The position numbers and the translations under genes are program-made. From Cycas panzhihuaensis (taxonomy: Eukaryota > Plantae > Cycadophyta), in contig CM041465.1 in NCBI GenBank assembly GCA_023213395.1, positions 183,961,741-184,025,740 of the forward strand: 64,000 bases of DNA, read 5' to 3'. This document shows, in pieces, positions 1 through 13,600 of this stretch (the first letter of the stretch is position 1; every line of letters starts with the position of its first letter). Under the pieces are notes generated by a model. It was not told the DNA's origin. It saw nothing but the letters and a program-made list of their open reading frames with translations, and did not search any database.

Positions 1-1146
1 ATCAAATTATTTGTAAATTATGAATAAGAACAAGAAAAAAGGGCAAAAAGTGAATATGAGAAGGTTATACCCAAAGAACTAGTAAAAACTAAGAGAAGAG
101 GACCTAGTAGGTGGGTGGAGGGTGAATATGAGAACTAATAAATAATTGAGCTAAAGATGGACTCACAATCCTTTTAGCAGACTTTACAAACTTCTAAGAA
201 AATGACTTCCTACCCATTTCAATAAAAAATAGATCACTAGTAAGGAGTGCTGGCAAAAATTTGGCAACCCTTAATTACACTAAAAACTCCACCTTTCCTT
301 TAAAAATATATAGGAATTTATAGAAAAAAAAGGGAGGTAGGTGAATGATAAAACCATGGTTTTTTCCCATAGTTTGGCTAACTTTTCTCAACTAAATTTT
401 GCATGGAGGAAGGTAAGATCATCATGGACCAGTCAATGCAGGTGGGGTGGCATTAGGCTATAAATCTGGGCAGAAATTAGATCAAAATAAGTGAGAAATT
501 TGTGTTCTATTTATTAATTCATAAACATAATAGTAAAAAATATGATAACAAACTAAAAATATGATAATACAAATAAAACGTAAAATGTCACATGTTATGC
601 TTGATTTGTATTATTGTATTTTGGTGTTGTCAAAAAAGTGATAGTATAGAAAGGGAAAAGAAGATGTAAATTGAAAGAGAAGCTAATAGAATAGGTTGGC
701 TGGTTCTTCTTAAAGAAGTAATGGATTCAACAAAGATTTAATCACGAAAAGAAAACATTAAAACGTGATAGAAATAAGACTAAAATTAATCACAATAGAT
801 AAAAGAGGGGAGAATTAGAGCAATTTCATGAACCATGTTAGTTAAGAACATAAAATTGTGCCATAGGATTAATCATCAATATGTAAAGACTATCATGATC
901 ACATACATTCAATCATCCAATTATCAATCCTTCATATCTTATGACCTAAAATAATGCAATTAATACTAAATCATATTCTAATAAAAGCTTTTATAATTAG
1001 ACAACAACTAAAGTAAATCTAAGAACTAAAATGTTAACCAAGTGACACCTATTGAGTAAATAGAAAGTATAATTAATAAATGACTTAAGCAAACAAATTA
1101 AGATATGAACCTAACTGGGCCAAAAAAGGTTAGTTATGGTGAAATA
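1..1146 (-). repeat. 3' LTR of element A (partial)
   Basis: Aligns by eye to ~12265-13816. Ends in gtgaaata and is followed by a tttacccc PPT-like tract (reverse complement). Confidence 0.85.
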
Positions 1147-1410
1147 TTTACCCCAATGTCACCAAAAGCTCTTGTTAATGGTAGAGAGTAAGATGGTGAA
1201 CAATGGCAACTCATCCATTAGGATTGAATGTAATTGAGCTTAAATGTCTTGACTTTATTTCCTAAGTTATAAGTAAAGGTTAGATTGGATGACAAGTCTT
1301 TAGCATGTGAAAGTGGTGATGGAGGTCCCATCAAAATGGAACAAGGGTGGCTTGAGAAAGCCCTTAGTGTGGTTATGTTTTAAACTTAAACTTAATAGCT
1401 AAATTTCCCA

Positions 1411-1836
1411 TCATACTTTTATCTCATTAATGGGGCTTTTAGAGAAGTAGTTGCCATAGCTTAGCCTCTTCAACAACTATGTTTGGAGGTAAGGTTGCCA
1501 TAGTTTAACCTCATTAGCAATCCTTTAGAGGTGTAACTACCATAATTTAGCCTCATTAATAGCATTTTGAAGGTATAACTACCATTATTTAGCCTCACTA
1601 ATAGTGCTTTAATAGTGCAATTTCCATAGTTTAGCCTCATTAGTAGTGCTTCAGAGGTATAACTACTATTATTTAGTCTTATTAGTAGTGCTTTAGAGGT
1701 GTGGTTTCCATAGTTTAAGCTCTTTAGTAACTATTCTTAGATACGTGGCTACCATAATTTAACCTCATTAACAGTGCTTCAAAGATATGATTACTATAAT
1801 TTAACCTCTTCAACAACTCTTTTCAAAGGTATGGCT
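1411..1836. repeat. Tandem array, ~10 units of 42-44 bp (consensus ~ccatagtttagcctcattagtagtgctttagaggtgtaacta), in the 3' non-coding region of A
   Basis: ccatag/ccataa/ctata anchors at 1454, 1498, 1540, 1582, 1624, 1666, 1708, 1752, 1794, plus a degenerate unit at 1411. Confidence 0.85.
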
Positions 1837-1947
1837 AGTTTATATTCATCATGGACCATTTAGTTGGTTTATACTCATCACAAAATATTTAGTTAATTTA
1901 TACTCATCATAAAGTGTTCAATTAGTTTATACTCATTATAGAGTATT
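1837..1947. repeat. Tandem array, ~4 units of 29 bp (tttatactcatca...tttagtt)
   Basis: tttatactcatca-type anchor recurs every ~29 bp directly after the 42-bp array. Confidence 0.8.
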
Positions 1948-3691
1948 ACCTTTGTTTTAGAGTAATGGAGCTAGGGTCAATGGTGTTCTAAAAAATAAGA
2001 TATCATAGAGTTAACTTTAGTATTTTGTGTATGTAAACTATGCTAGATTATAATAAATGGAAAGCAAGACAACAATGACATAGCATGAGTATGAAAGGAG
2101 TATAATTGAGGCAAATAAACATGATATGTATCGATAAGTTAAAATACTACAATTTGGAAATCAAAGAAAAGATTGATATATCCATCGTGAAATTGTAAAA
2201 CATCACTTAGGGCTTTTATGACAGTAATATATTTAGCTTCAAGTAGGAAAATACTAGCAAAATTTAACATATTACCAGTTTAGTCATGAACAACTCATGT
2301 AGTAGTAGATGGCCCCAGGTTGCACTAATTAACTCCATTAATATGTATGCTAATTGCCATGATAAAGAGTGAATAGGATCTGAGACAACATGATAAATAT
2401 AGGAATGGTATAGGAATTAACTTATGGGCATATGATTTTATACGATGGACTTGGTTTTAATTGTGAGATGAGAAGGAGGTAGGATCATGGTTTGGTTTTC
2501 TTATTATGAGAGCACCCCCTAAACACAAACAAGGGTAAAAGACTATTAAATCCTAAATAGGTTTTGATCATAATTAAGAATACAGTGGGCCTAAGTAACT
2601 AGATCTAAGGGTCCTAAATGATGCATCCCATTGGACCTAAACTACATTACTACAGGTGGAGATAAAATCATCATGTAGTTTGCCCTCGATACCGAGATGA
2701 TAGAAACATATGTACAAAGGGTTTTTTCTTTCTTTTCTTTTTTGATGATATCTTAAATCATATGATATAATAGTGTAGATGATAGCCATGATAAACTAGG
2801 CATCATTAAACCTATTTTCTAGATGATAAGCAATCAACACTTTGAATATAATCATCACACAATTTTCGTCAAGATACAATAAAAGGAAAGGATGACTAGA
2901 CTTAGGTGCTTAATGATTAAGCTACCCATGAAATATCAACACTTCTCAAACTATAGCAAGGATGACCTTTTCAATGAAACTAAGGAAATAAAGAAAATAA
3001 GAAGTAAATCCTCAAAGGATGAATTGTGAGAGCTGAAAGGTTCTCTAAAACAAAGTATCTCTGAGTATAAAGGGAAGGCAACAAAATAAGTAATGCACTT
3101 TAAGAGAGTAGTTGAGAGGTATTGGAAATCATCTTGGCATGAGATGATAAGTGGTTGAATAAGTGAGAGTGGAATGTCTATAAGTCTACCAAGAAGGTTA
3201 CAAGATCATAAGAGAAAGAGATAGGTTAAGATCAATAGCCATTGGTTAAAGACTCAAAAGTAGGACATCTCATATAACAGAGGAAGTTAACCATATAGAC
3301 TTATATCTAGTTACCATGCTAGTAAATAAAGTTTGAGATCCCTTACTCTCCTAAGTATGGAACTTAGAAGGGAAGAATAAGAGATGAGAATAGGACAAAA
3401 CTATACCAATTGAGCCAAATGAGATGCATATTTGCATGCCTAACAAATAATGCCTATGCCCTATGGCTATACAATAGCCTTACGTGGCTATTAAGAGTGA
3501 TATTTATGTGTAAGGAAGTACCAAGCTTAATCAAAGAGATGAAATGGTGAAAGGAGAATCTTATGTTCATGTTGGAGTGGTGTCTGAAGAGAGAAGAAGT
3601 AAGAAACTGACCATAGTTTAAGCTCATTAGATGGTGTGGCTTTTGGAGTTCTCATTTTATCCTTATTATAGAGGGTATGTATGTTTTCTTT

Positions 3692-6600
3692 TTAGGCATA
3701 GAATCTTTTCAAAAGGTGTGAATTAATAGGATTTAGAGTTGAAGGCCATTAGGGGTAGAAATACAATACATACCATTCTCAAGATCTTTAATGACCAAGT
3801 AATGTGTTGTCTACTTTTGAGCTTGAGTACTTTATCACTAACTTAGAATTTATGGGGTCTTAACTGCCTATCATGGGCTACTTAAGCCCTACTTTTAGAA
3901 TCTAGATTATTTTGAAATGTAGTCAAGTGTGTTTCATCCATTTTCTCAAATTCTAATAATCATACTTCCATTTTCCATTCTCTATCCATGAATTGTTTAA
4001 GGGAAACACAAAGATTCACTTTTTACCTCAAGGGGTAAAATAACTTCAAAGCTATAGACTAGAGAGAATGGTGTTATGCCTCTTACATTTTTAATAAAGG
4101 TTTGATAAGTCCATAATATAGGAAATAATTGAATATGCCAGTCTTAATGGGAGCTAGCCATGATCTTAGCTAAGATTTTATTAAAGGTTTCGACTTGGAC
4201 ATAGGCTTGAGGATGTTAAGGTACTAACAAGTGATGAGTGATATAGAATTGCCGGCATAATTCAACTACATATATGTTCCAAAGGAAGTTCCATTATCGG
4301 TGATGATAATATTAGTAACTTTGAATCTAAATATAATATGCTAAAAGATAAATGTTATGATGATCTTTCTAGTTGTAGAAATTAACATAATAACTTCACT
4401 TCACTTAGTTAAGTACTCTGTGGCAGTCAAATGAACTTATGGCTGCTCAAGGATGGAGGATAGATCTAACAAATGAGTTTAAACCCCTATTGAGAAAATG
4501 CCTATGGAGATAGGACAAACTTGAGAGACTGAGTAGGTTGGTGGATTGATATAGTATGTGCTTGATATTTTTTATATTTCTGAATAGATGAATTTTTAAA
4601 CATCCACATAAGCATCTTTAAATAGTATCAACTAATAGTATTCCATTCAAAGAATACATTGAGCAGTGAACTAGCCACCAAAATGGCCTTCATATATTCC
4701 ATCATGGCACTTTATTAGGGTGGTCTAAGCCTCAAAAGGTAAAAGACATCTTAATAAAGCTCCATCAAAGGAGTATTTGTAAAGGACATCTTCAAGAAGT
4801 AGATATTGACGAGTAATTGCCTTAATTAATTTCCTCTTTTTAGAGGATATGGAGGAAGAAAAAGTTTGGCTCATGAGATAAGATTTGATCTCTTTATACC
4901 AATTGTCTCCCATAACCATAACATCTACTTAGAAAATCTACTCATCAGAGAGCTTATCTGTAATGGTTAGGTTGGTAGGATTTGGTAATGATTCTTTAAC
5001 CATTATTTCAATGACTATCATAGCTTTTTTAGATTTATGATTAATAATTTGAAGGTTAAACTCTTACAATATGAGTGCTTATTTTCCTGCTCACCCTTTA
5101 AGATCACTCTTGGTGAGTAAGAAGTGAAGAGGGTCAGATTAGGCAATCATAAAGCTAGTGTTGTCAATGAGGTAATGACATAGTTTTATAATGGTCAAGA
5201 CCAAGGATAAGCATTCTTTCTTTGAAGTAGAGTAGTTAAGTTTAACAACAACAAGAGTTTTACTTATGAAATAAATAACTCACTCTTAGTTAAATTCATC
5301 CTCTTGGGCAAGCATGCCCTAAGGGATTCTTTTGTGGAAGATGTGTATAGAATAAAGGGCTTGATAAAAATAGGAGGAGTAAGTACAAGATCCAAAACTA
5401 AGGCCTATTTTAACTTATCGAAAGATTCTTGGATAAGTGTGGTCTATTTCAAAGAGGCCCCTTTCTTAAGAAAATTTGTGAGAGGCTTTATTTATTGGAA
5501 AATTTAAAATAAATCTTCACAGAAAACTTAACTTGCTAAGAAAAGATTTCACTTGCTTTTGATTTCATGGAGATGACATTTTGATGATATCCCTTATTTT
5601 TATAGGGTCTACTCTAATACCATCCTGAGAAACTATGTTTCCCAGTATTTTACTTATGGTAATAATAAAAACACATTTGCTAGGATTTAGAAAAAGATAA
5701 TATTTACTACATCACTTAAAGATTATTCTTAAATCTTAGGTGTGGTATTTTTTATAGTGAGATAGGGCTAACATGCCATCAAGGTAAATGACTATTATAA
5801 CTCCAATTTAGTCATGGAATATGAAAACCATTGCCTTCTTATAAGTGGTTCTAGTAAATTTTAGACCAAATAGTAAGACCTTGTAGGCAAATGTCCCCAA
5901 TGGAGTTATGAAGGTTATCTTATAATAATCTTCAAGTGAGATAAGAATTTAATTGTATCCCAAAAACTCATCCATGAGAGATATGACCTTAAAATTAGTC
6001 ATTTGATCCCATATTTAGTCAAGGAATGTGAGGGGGAAATTGTCTTTTGGGCAAGTATTATTGATATCATAAAAGTCAATACATATTTGAATTAATCCAT
6101 TCTTCCTAGCAATTAGGATAACTTTGGACACCCGTTGTGCATAATTGACACTTTCAATAAAACCTACTTTCAATAACTTCTCAACTTCTTATTTAATTGT
6201 TGTAGACAAATGAGGATAAATAGGTCACTACTTTTATCTCTTAGGTTTGGCTCTTAGAATTGTAGTGATATTGTGGACTACAATGTTAGGGAGAAGACCT
6301 TATATGTCACTGTAATCCTAAGTAAAAATTGATGTAAACTCTCAGAAAAGTTACTTAAGTTGCTTGACTTCCTCTAGCAAGTAATCTGTTCTAATCTTGA
6401 TGATTCTTGAAGTATTATTAGTTTTTAAATCTGCATCCACTGTTTCATTAATAAGCATGGCATTTCTTTACTTAAAGTAGGGATAAGTAGGACTTACAAA
6501 TGATGGAGGATCTTGCAAAGGCTTATTTGAGCTATCTAGGGGTGAATTAGGGCACAAGTTCTTAGTAAAGTCATGCTTATGATGATTAAGTAGAAGGCTT

Positions 6601-9600
6601 AGTATGGCTCTGGCTAAATGTTCTAAAATTGCTTCATCATTGACAAAGTGATTAAGATGAAGGAGGTCTCTAAATATAAAGCCTTCAATTTGAGAAGAAG
6701 GATGATGAAGTAGATCTAAGGGAGTTGATTTTGAAAGGAGGACATGGTGTTAATCAAAACATACAACTAAAATTGTAAAGATTTATGATGAGGGACCAAC
6801 TTAATTAGAGAATTTCTAATTTGTTTATATAATTCGATAAAAACTAAACTCATCGATTAGGGGGAGGTTTGAAGGAGGAGACACATGCTTGAGAGAAGGC
6901 ATCATATCATCTTGAATAACTATCTTAATTAAGATAGAGATAGTAGTGATCATGTTAATCTCTCTAATTTACCTTCCTTGTGTTAGTTTGAACCTAGGGG
7001 CATTATCTAAAGAGGACATCTCATCTTCTAAAGGTGAGAGGTCTGAATGTTAATGTATAAGAAGTTTCTTGTCATGTTAGTTAAACTAAGTTGTTTGAAG
7101 GGGAGACTCATGATAAGACACCTTATTAGAAGAGGGAGCAATGACCAAAGAAGAATGTACCTATTGGGAAGGAGGAGGAATAAGCATAATGGTGATTAGG
7201 GTATCCTTTACATGATGTAAGCAAATGATACACCTAAAATTAGATTCACCAGAGAATGAGCCTAATGAAGTGATTTCTTAAGATAAAGGAAGACAATATT
7301 AAAGTATATTGTTATTTTCATTAATATAACATGAGGAAGAAGAGGCTTGATGTAGCAATCTCATAGAATTCTTTTAAGAAATTTTATAAAATAGATAAAA
7401 TATCCACCAATGCACTTGCAAATATTCAATCAAGAGAGTAATAATACAAATCTACTTGAATACTTCTAGCATACAAATATAAAATAGTATGAAATGAATA
7501 TAAACTAAATAGATACAAGTTTACCAAATGATCTTGCAAATATTGTTGATAACGAATCCCTCTTTGATGTAAGGTTTTATCCAAAAAGCTCCCTAGAAGG
7601 GCCAAAAATATGCTAGCCCAAGACTTCTCCAATGATCCCCAAATTAGGCTCCAAATCCTCCTTAAATAGGTGGCTAAAAGATACTAATAGAAGTCAACTA
7701 GAAAAGGGATATAAACCCACCCAAAACTAAGACTAGAAGTCGACCAGAACTTTCCTAAAAATTGGTAGCTTAAAAAATTTAAATAGCCATAATTTTTATT
7801 AGAGATGTTAGAATTAACTTTCATCTGAAATGTTGGAATCTTGGTTAAGAGAACTTCAATTTAAATGGTCATGTGGTATAGTTTTGACTATATTTTTGGA
7901 ATGCTACAAGTCCCTCCCCTTCAAAACATGCTTTTTCCTCAAAGCATGGGTAAATTTTAGTATTATTGTATTCCTTAGATTCCCATGTTACCTCACTATT
8001 GTCTATTGCTTTCCATTTAGGCATCTCTCAGAGTGAAGGGGTAAAATATCTTCTATGGGAGGTAAGAGTGCATATAGGAAAATGTTTGAAGATGGTATGA
8101 AACATTTCCTTGTGAGATTGACTTGAAGGAGAGCTTTCCTAAGAGGGAATCATATTAATCATATTGATAGTCTTAACTTCCTATGTGGGTATTAGAAGAG
8201 ATTTAGTGGTAAAGTATTACCTAAAACCCAAGGATTGGAAGAAGAACTCAAAAGAGTTAGAAGGCTCTCCTATTTCTATGATAGTTTCTAGTAGTGGGAC
8301 ATATTATTTGACTAGTCTGTTCTTTCATTTAATGACATTTAACTCTCTCTCATGAATAAATTTAAGCTTACCAAAGAACAAAGAACAAACAACAAGCATC
8401 TAATTGACCCAAGGTCTTACTAATAAGATATTATATTCCAAGTCAAGGTCTATGATGGTGAGGTCAATCATAACTATTTTCCCTTCTAAGGTGGGGGGGG
8501 AGTGACTTGCCCTATTAATACTTTTTAGTTCCTGCCATACCCTTGATAAATCCACTAATAAGGTTCATAGGTAGTAATCTATAAATCTTCTACAAGGTGA
8601 AGGAGGATCACATTCATCAATGAGCCTCCATCAATAATGATATATCAGATGTTGATTTTATCTTTACATATTTCAATGTAGAATAGAGGGATATCATTGG
8701 AGTTCCTTTTCTTCTCATTAAGTAAACTAAAAGGATCAAAAGTGAGGTGTAGACTTATTAGGAAACTAGGATTAGGGACTCCCAATACATCAAGAAAGAG
8801 TTGATGTTGTTATAGGCAACTTTGTAACAAAGCTATGACTAAAATCCTAACAAAAATGGTCTTCAACTTATCAACTAATGAGAAGGATCCATCCTTGGTG
8901 GTGGAGGGGATGGACCTAAAATGAATAGATCTAAGTGGGACAAGGGGTAAGGATTCAAGGGTTTTGGATGGAAAATATTTAGGAGATTTAAATATAACTA
9001 GGTTCTTTGTTGTCTCAACCATATTAATTGTTCTCTTAGTCTTGTCACCTTTAGGGGGTGGCCGGTTATGGTTGTCAGCCCATTTGCTACCTCCCTTAGC
9101 TAAAGTGGTACATTTCTTACTAGGTTCAAAATCTTAGCTTTCATTATTGCTTGCATCATCCTATTTAGTATTTTCTTTATTTTTATCATTAATGTGCTTT
9201 GGATCATGGTCAAGCAAAGGGTCCTTATGTATTAATCAGTCATGATTTAGCTTGGAAGTATGATTATTAATACTTTGAGCCTTATGACCCATGGCCTAGA
9301 CTACATGACAATCATCTTGATTATGAGTGTTAATTTAGTGGTAAGAACACGAAGGAGTATTTTTTAGTAGAGGAGTAGGAGGATCTAGTTATTTTTTCCC
9401 TTTAGCATAATGAATAACTTTAGCTTCTTACTTTTGATCAAGAGTAGGAGGATTTTCAACACATAGCTTCATGTTGATGGTATGTTCAAGGACCCCAACA
9501 AAAAATGTAAGATGATCATATGTATGGTTACCTTAACCAGGTTTAGGTGCTTAGGGGGAGTCCTTTGCCAAAGTAGGCTTACTAATCTTCTTGATTCCTA

Positions 9601-10432
9601 CTTAAATCTCAAAAGTTTTGAGAGCCAAAAATTTAATAATGGCTTCCTTATAGGTTTCAAGACCAAGTTTGAGGAGCTCTAAATGAACATGAGGTCTTAA
9701 AGAATTGGTAAAAACATTAAATAAGAGGCCTAAGTCAAGATGGGAGTGATAAGTATGGACTAAATATTGGAATCATCTTATGAAATCGTGAGATAATTCA
9801 TCATTATTTTGTTTGATAGATAAAGATACTTGATGCTAGTTTTGAATGGCCTGGCAATATCAAAATAGTTGATGAAGGCATCAACCAACTATTGGAATGC
9901 AAAAATAGAAGTAGACTAGAGGTAATAAAACCACTTCAAGGCAACACCTCAAAGTAATTTTAGAAATAGGCTCATCATGACATAGTCATAAGGAAGGAAG
10001 TTGACACATATAAGGGCAAAAGCTTACATGTGTCTAATAGGATCCTATATGGATTCCCTTGAGAACTTAGGTAACTTAGGGATAAAATGAGACATCGATG
10101 AAAGGAGGACTTCTTATGGAAAAGAGGACCTCATGTAGTCGATGAATGATCTCTTAGGCCTTAACGTAGAGGCTTCTAAAGAAGGATTCCTTGAGTGTGG
10201 CTTAGGGTATTTAGAATAGTCTTGATCTAAAGGGACCTCGTATAAACTAGGAGAGCCTTTAGGAAGTCACATATACATCTCATAGCCCTTATAACTAAAA
10301 TATCCCTCGTAAGACACATAGCCTTCTTCAACTTCATAGTATTCATAGTGATCATACTTAGAGTCCTAAGGAGGGAGACCTTATTGCCTCCTTCATCTCC
10401 TTAGTTAATTAGGATGAGAAGGAATCTCCATT
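3692..10432 (-). pseudogene. gag-pol polyprotein pseudogene of element A
   Basis: gag PKLPKF..DP..H motif ~10070, CxxHxxxxHxxxxC-like knuckle ~9310-9350, PR ~8620, RT ~5600-6200, RH ~5050-5320, IN ~3700-4920 (includes ORF 4725-4919). Many stops and frameshifts. Confidence 0.85.
7351..8028 (-). mobile_element. Nested chromovirus (Ty3/gypsy) fragment: 558-bp LTR + PPT + chromodomain tail
   Basis: LTR 7351-7908 has perfect terminal inverted repeats TGTAGCA...TGCTACA, then ccctcccct (PPT, reverse complement), then minus-strand KWKAIDNSEVTWES (chromodomain-like). Confidence 0.75.
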
Positions 10433-10626
10433 GAAATGAGTATGTAAAGTTGGCAATAAAAGGTCAAGGAAAGGATAAGAACCCTAAATGAGAATGAAGG
10501 GTTTTATCCAATTGAGGATAGAAAGAGAAAGGTGTAAAACCAATTAAGCAAGAATGTCTTGTGAAGGATCTCAAGAGAATGTAAAAGATTTAGGTTTAAA
10601 ACATGTGATTATGAAGCTTTGATAAC

Positions 10627-10644
10627 TCCCTAGTATAGTCACTA
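10627..10644 (-). promoter_or_regulatory. Primer-binding site of A, degenerate tRNA-Arg type
   Basis: tccctagtatagtcacta versus the tRNA-Arg 3' end tccccagtggagtcgcca. Differences are mostly transitions, and it lies 4 nt from the LTR. Confidence 0.7.
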
Positions 10645-10648
10645 GAAA

Positions 10649-13600
10649 TAATTTCACATCTTAGGGCTAACCACTTATTAGATCTACATGAAAGGAAACT
10701 AAGATGATATGTCTTAAGGGTGGACCTTTTAATCAATCTCTTTGAAAATGTCTCTTTATTTGTGTGTTAGATGAAACATATGAAAATTAAACTACTTCAT
10801 ATATACATAATAAACTTAAACAAAATCTAATAACTATTAGCACTCAAACTAATCAAACAAGCCAAGCAAGAGTCCTCGTAACTTCACATAGGTCACAAAT
10901 AAACTTTCCAATAGGTAGAAAGATAATTAGAGGTCCTTACCCCAAAGTAAACATCCTAGGTTTCCTCTATTTCTACCTAAAAATCCTTCCTATAGATAAA
11001 ATCCTAACTTAGATCTCTATTTGCACCTAAAAAGGAGTAATCTATGTTATATTACCTAAAGATCAGGAGGACTAATGAGTGTGGGGACCCTAGAGATATC
11101 AAACCCTAGATTAATGACCTTATCAAGGGTTAGCCACTAGGGACTCCCTCACCTGATAATGGTTCATCTGTAAGGATGAATAGCCTAGGGATGCCCATGC
11201 ATAATTCTGATAAGTTTCCATACTTAAGGTGAAGGTAACATGAGAAAGTTGCTCTTAACCTAAAGGATAATGACAAGTCACCGTCTTTAGCATTTGAAAC
11301 ATTACTAGAAAGAAATAATCTTAAGGAAAGAATAGTTTGTATATTGAGGATGTCAAATCTTAATCAATTAAAAGATTCTTAATGATAAAAGTATTTGTCC
11401 CTAGGAGAGGATAAGCTTGTACACTAGTGATGCTAAGTCTTGAGTGATCATGCAAGTCCTCAATAAAGGGATAGATCCTACCCTAAGGGAGACTCAATAA
11501 GAGTAATCCATACCTATGTGTAAGTCTAGCATATAACTTAAGATTTCATACACATAACAATCATGTATACAATATACAATAGTTATAAAATGAGATAGTT
11601 AATCACACAAGAAAAGATAGACTCTAATTCCTTTTGTTACACTTACATTAATCTAAATTATAATTCTTTTACATTTTTTTTAATCTTTTTATGATCTATT
11701 TGCTAGAAAGTAAAAGAATATAACAATCAATGAAACATGCAATTGCTATTTTTTATCCGAAATCATGCCTTCACTTCCTATGCTTTCACTCTTTTCAACA
11801 AGCAAGGAAGAGAAATCAATCAATGATTTAATAAGCAATGTAAGTGAAAATTCAATCGCTTTCTTTTTCCCCTTTCTGTTTGTGTGATCTTAAAGATAAT
11901 AAGGAAAGTTCCAAATAATGAGGATAAGCTAAATGCCTTACAATAGAGTTATGAAGCAATAGTTTCATCTTTTTTTTATTACAATCATTTCAAAATGAAG
12001 CTAATCGATTAAACAAGTAAAAGTATTAGATATTTTAGTCATGATATTTAAAAGAAAATTCTGAATATAACTTAGGGAAATGCATCAAAATTTTACTATA
12101 ATTTTTGTTATATACGAGGAATTTTGATAGCAAATGAATGCTTTGAGTTGCCCAAAACTCTTTGGAAGACAGTAAGAACACTTAACTAACCAAAGACACC
12201 TTTCTCATCATTCATCTTTCTATAAGGAGTTCGCTTGATTTATTTAACCCTTTGATGGGACCAACTTCTTTGTAAATTATGAATATGAATAAGAAAAAAG
12301 CGAAAAAAGAGACTTGATTAGATGATAGTTGATATGTAGATTAAAACAGGTTCAATCCCATAAATTAACTCCTTTATGGTGCTTTCAAAGATGAGAGATA
12401 AGGTGGAGATTAAAACCAGGTTGATCCCCAAGTCATGCCACTTAATGAACTAAAGAACAAACAAACCATGATAGAAATTATAATGAAAACTTCTTTTTTT
12501 CAAATATTTTTTAGTTGAACCAAAGTAAACTACTCTAACTAGTAAAATAAATAATGAACTATAAAAAGGATACTTTAAACCTACTGAAAAAATATATAAT
12601 GTGCCTCAAATAAATGCTAAGTTCCTATCCAGCATATTATTAAAAGCTCCAAGCACCATGAGACTGAGAAACTTGATAATAGTAAAAGTTGTAGAAGAGA
12701 AGGTTATGCCCAAAGAACTAGTGAAAACTAAGAGAAGAGGACCCATTAGGTGGATGAAGCAGTAAATCTAAGAACTAAGAAATAATTGAGCCAAAGATGG
12801 AGTCTCAATCTTTCTAGCAAACTTAATAAACTTCTAAGAAGACGACTTCTAATCCACTTCAATCATAAATAAATTATTAGTAAGGGGGACTAACAAAAGT
12901 TTGCAAGTACTTCATTACACTAAAAACTCTCCTCCTTCCCTCTAAAAATGCATAGAAATTTATAGAAAAAAAGAGGGAAAAGGATGAATGACAAAACCAT
13001 GAATTTTGCCCATGGTTTGACTAACTTTTCTTAATCAAATCCTACATGAAGGAAGATAAGATTATCATGGATCATTTAGGGTAGATGGGGTGGTACTAGG
13101 TTATGAATTTGGGCAGAAATTAGATTAAAATAGGTAAGAAATTAGTATTCTATTTCTTAATTCATAGACATGATAATGAAAAATACGATAATAAACTAAA
13201 AATGAGATATTAAAAATAAAATATGAAATGTGATAGGTTGTTATGTTTTATTTATATTATTGCATTTTTGGTGTTGACAAAAATATAATAATGCAAAAGG
13301 ACAAAAAAGGATAGAAAATAAAAATAGAAACTAACAAAACAGATTTGTTATGTCCTTTTCAAATAGTAATGCTTCAACATAGATTGAATCATGAAGAGAA
13401 AATGTCAAGAAGTGGTAGAAATAAGACTAAAATCAATTGTAATGCTTGATAGTATTAAAAAAGAAAGGATAAAAAGGGGAAGACTTAGAGCTATTTCATA
13501 AAACATTTTAGTTAAGAATAGAAAATTGCATCATAGGATTAATCATCAACATGTAAAGATCATCATGGTCATATACATTCAATCATCTAATTAGTAATCC

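Noticed and set aside
1411-1947. CRISPR-like array
   Set aside because: Whole units are homologous with no unique spacers, there are no cas genes, and the array lies inside a plant retrotransposon.
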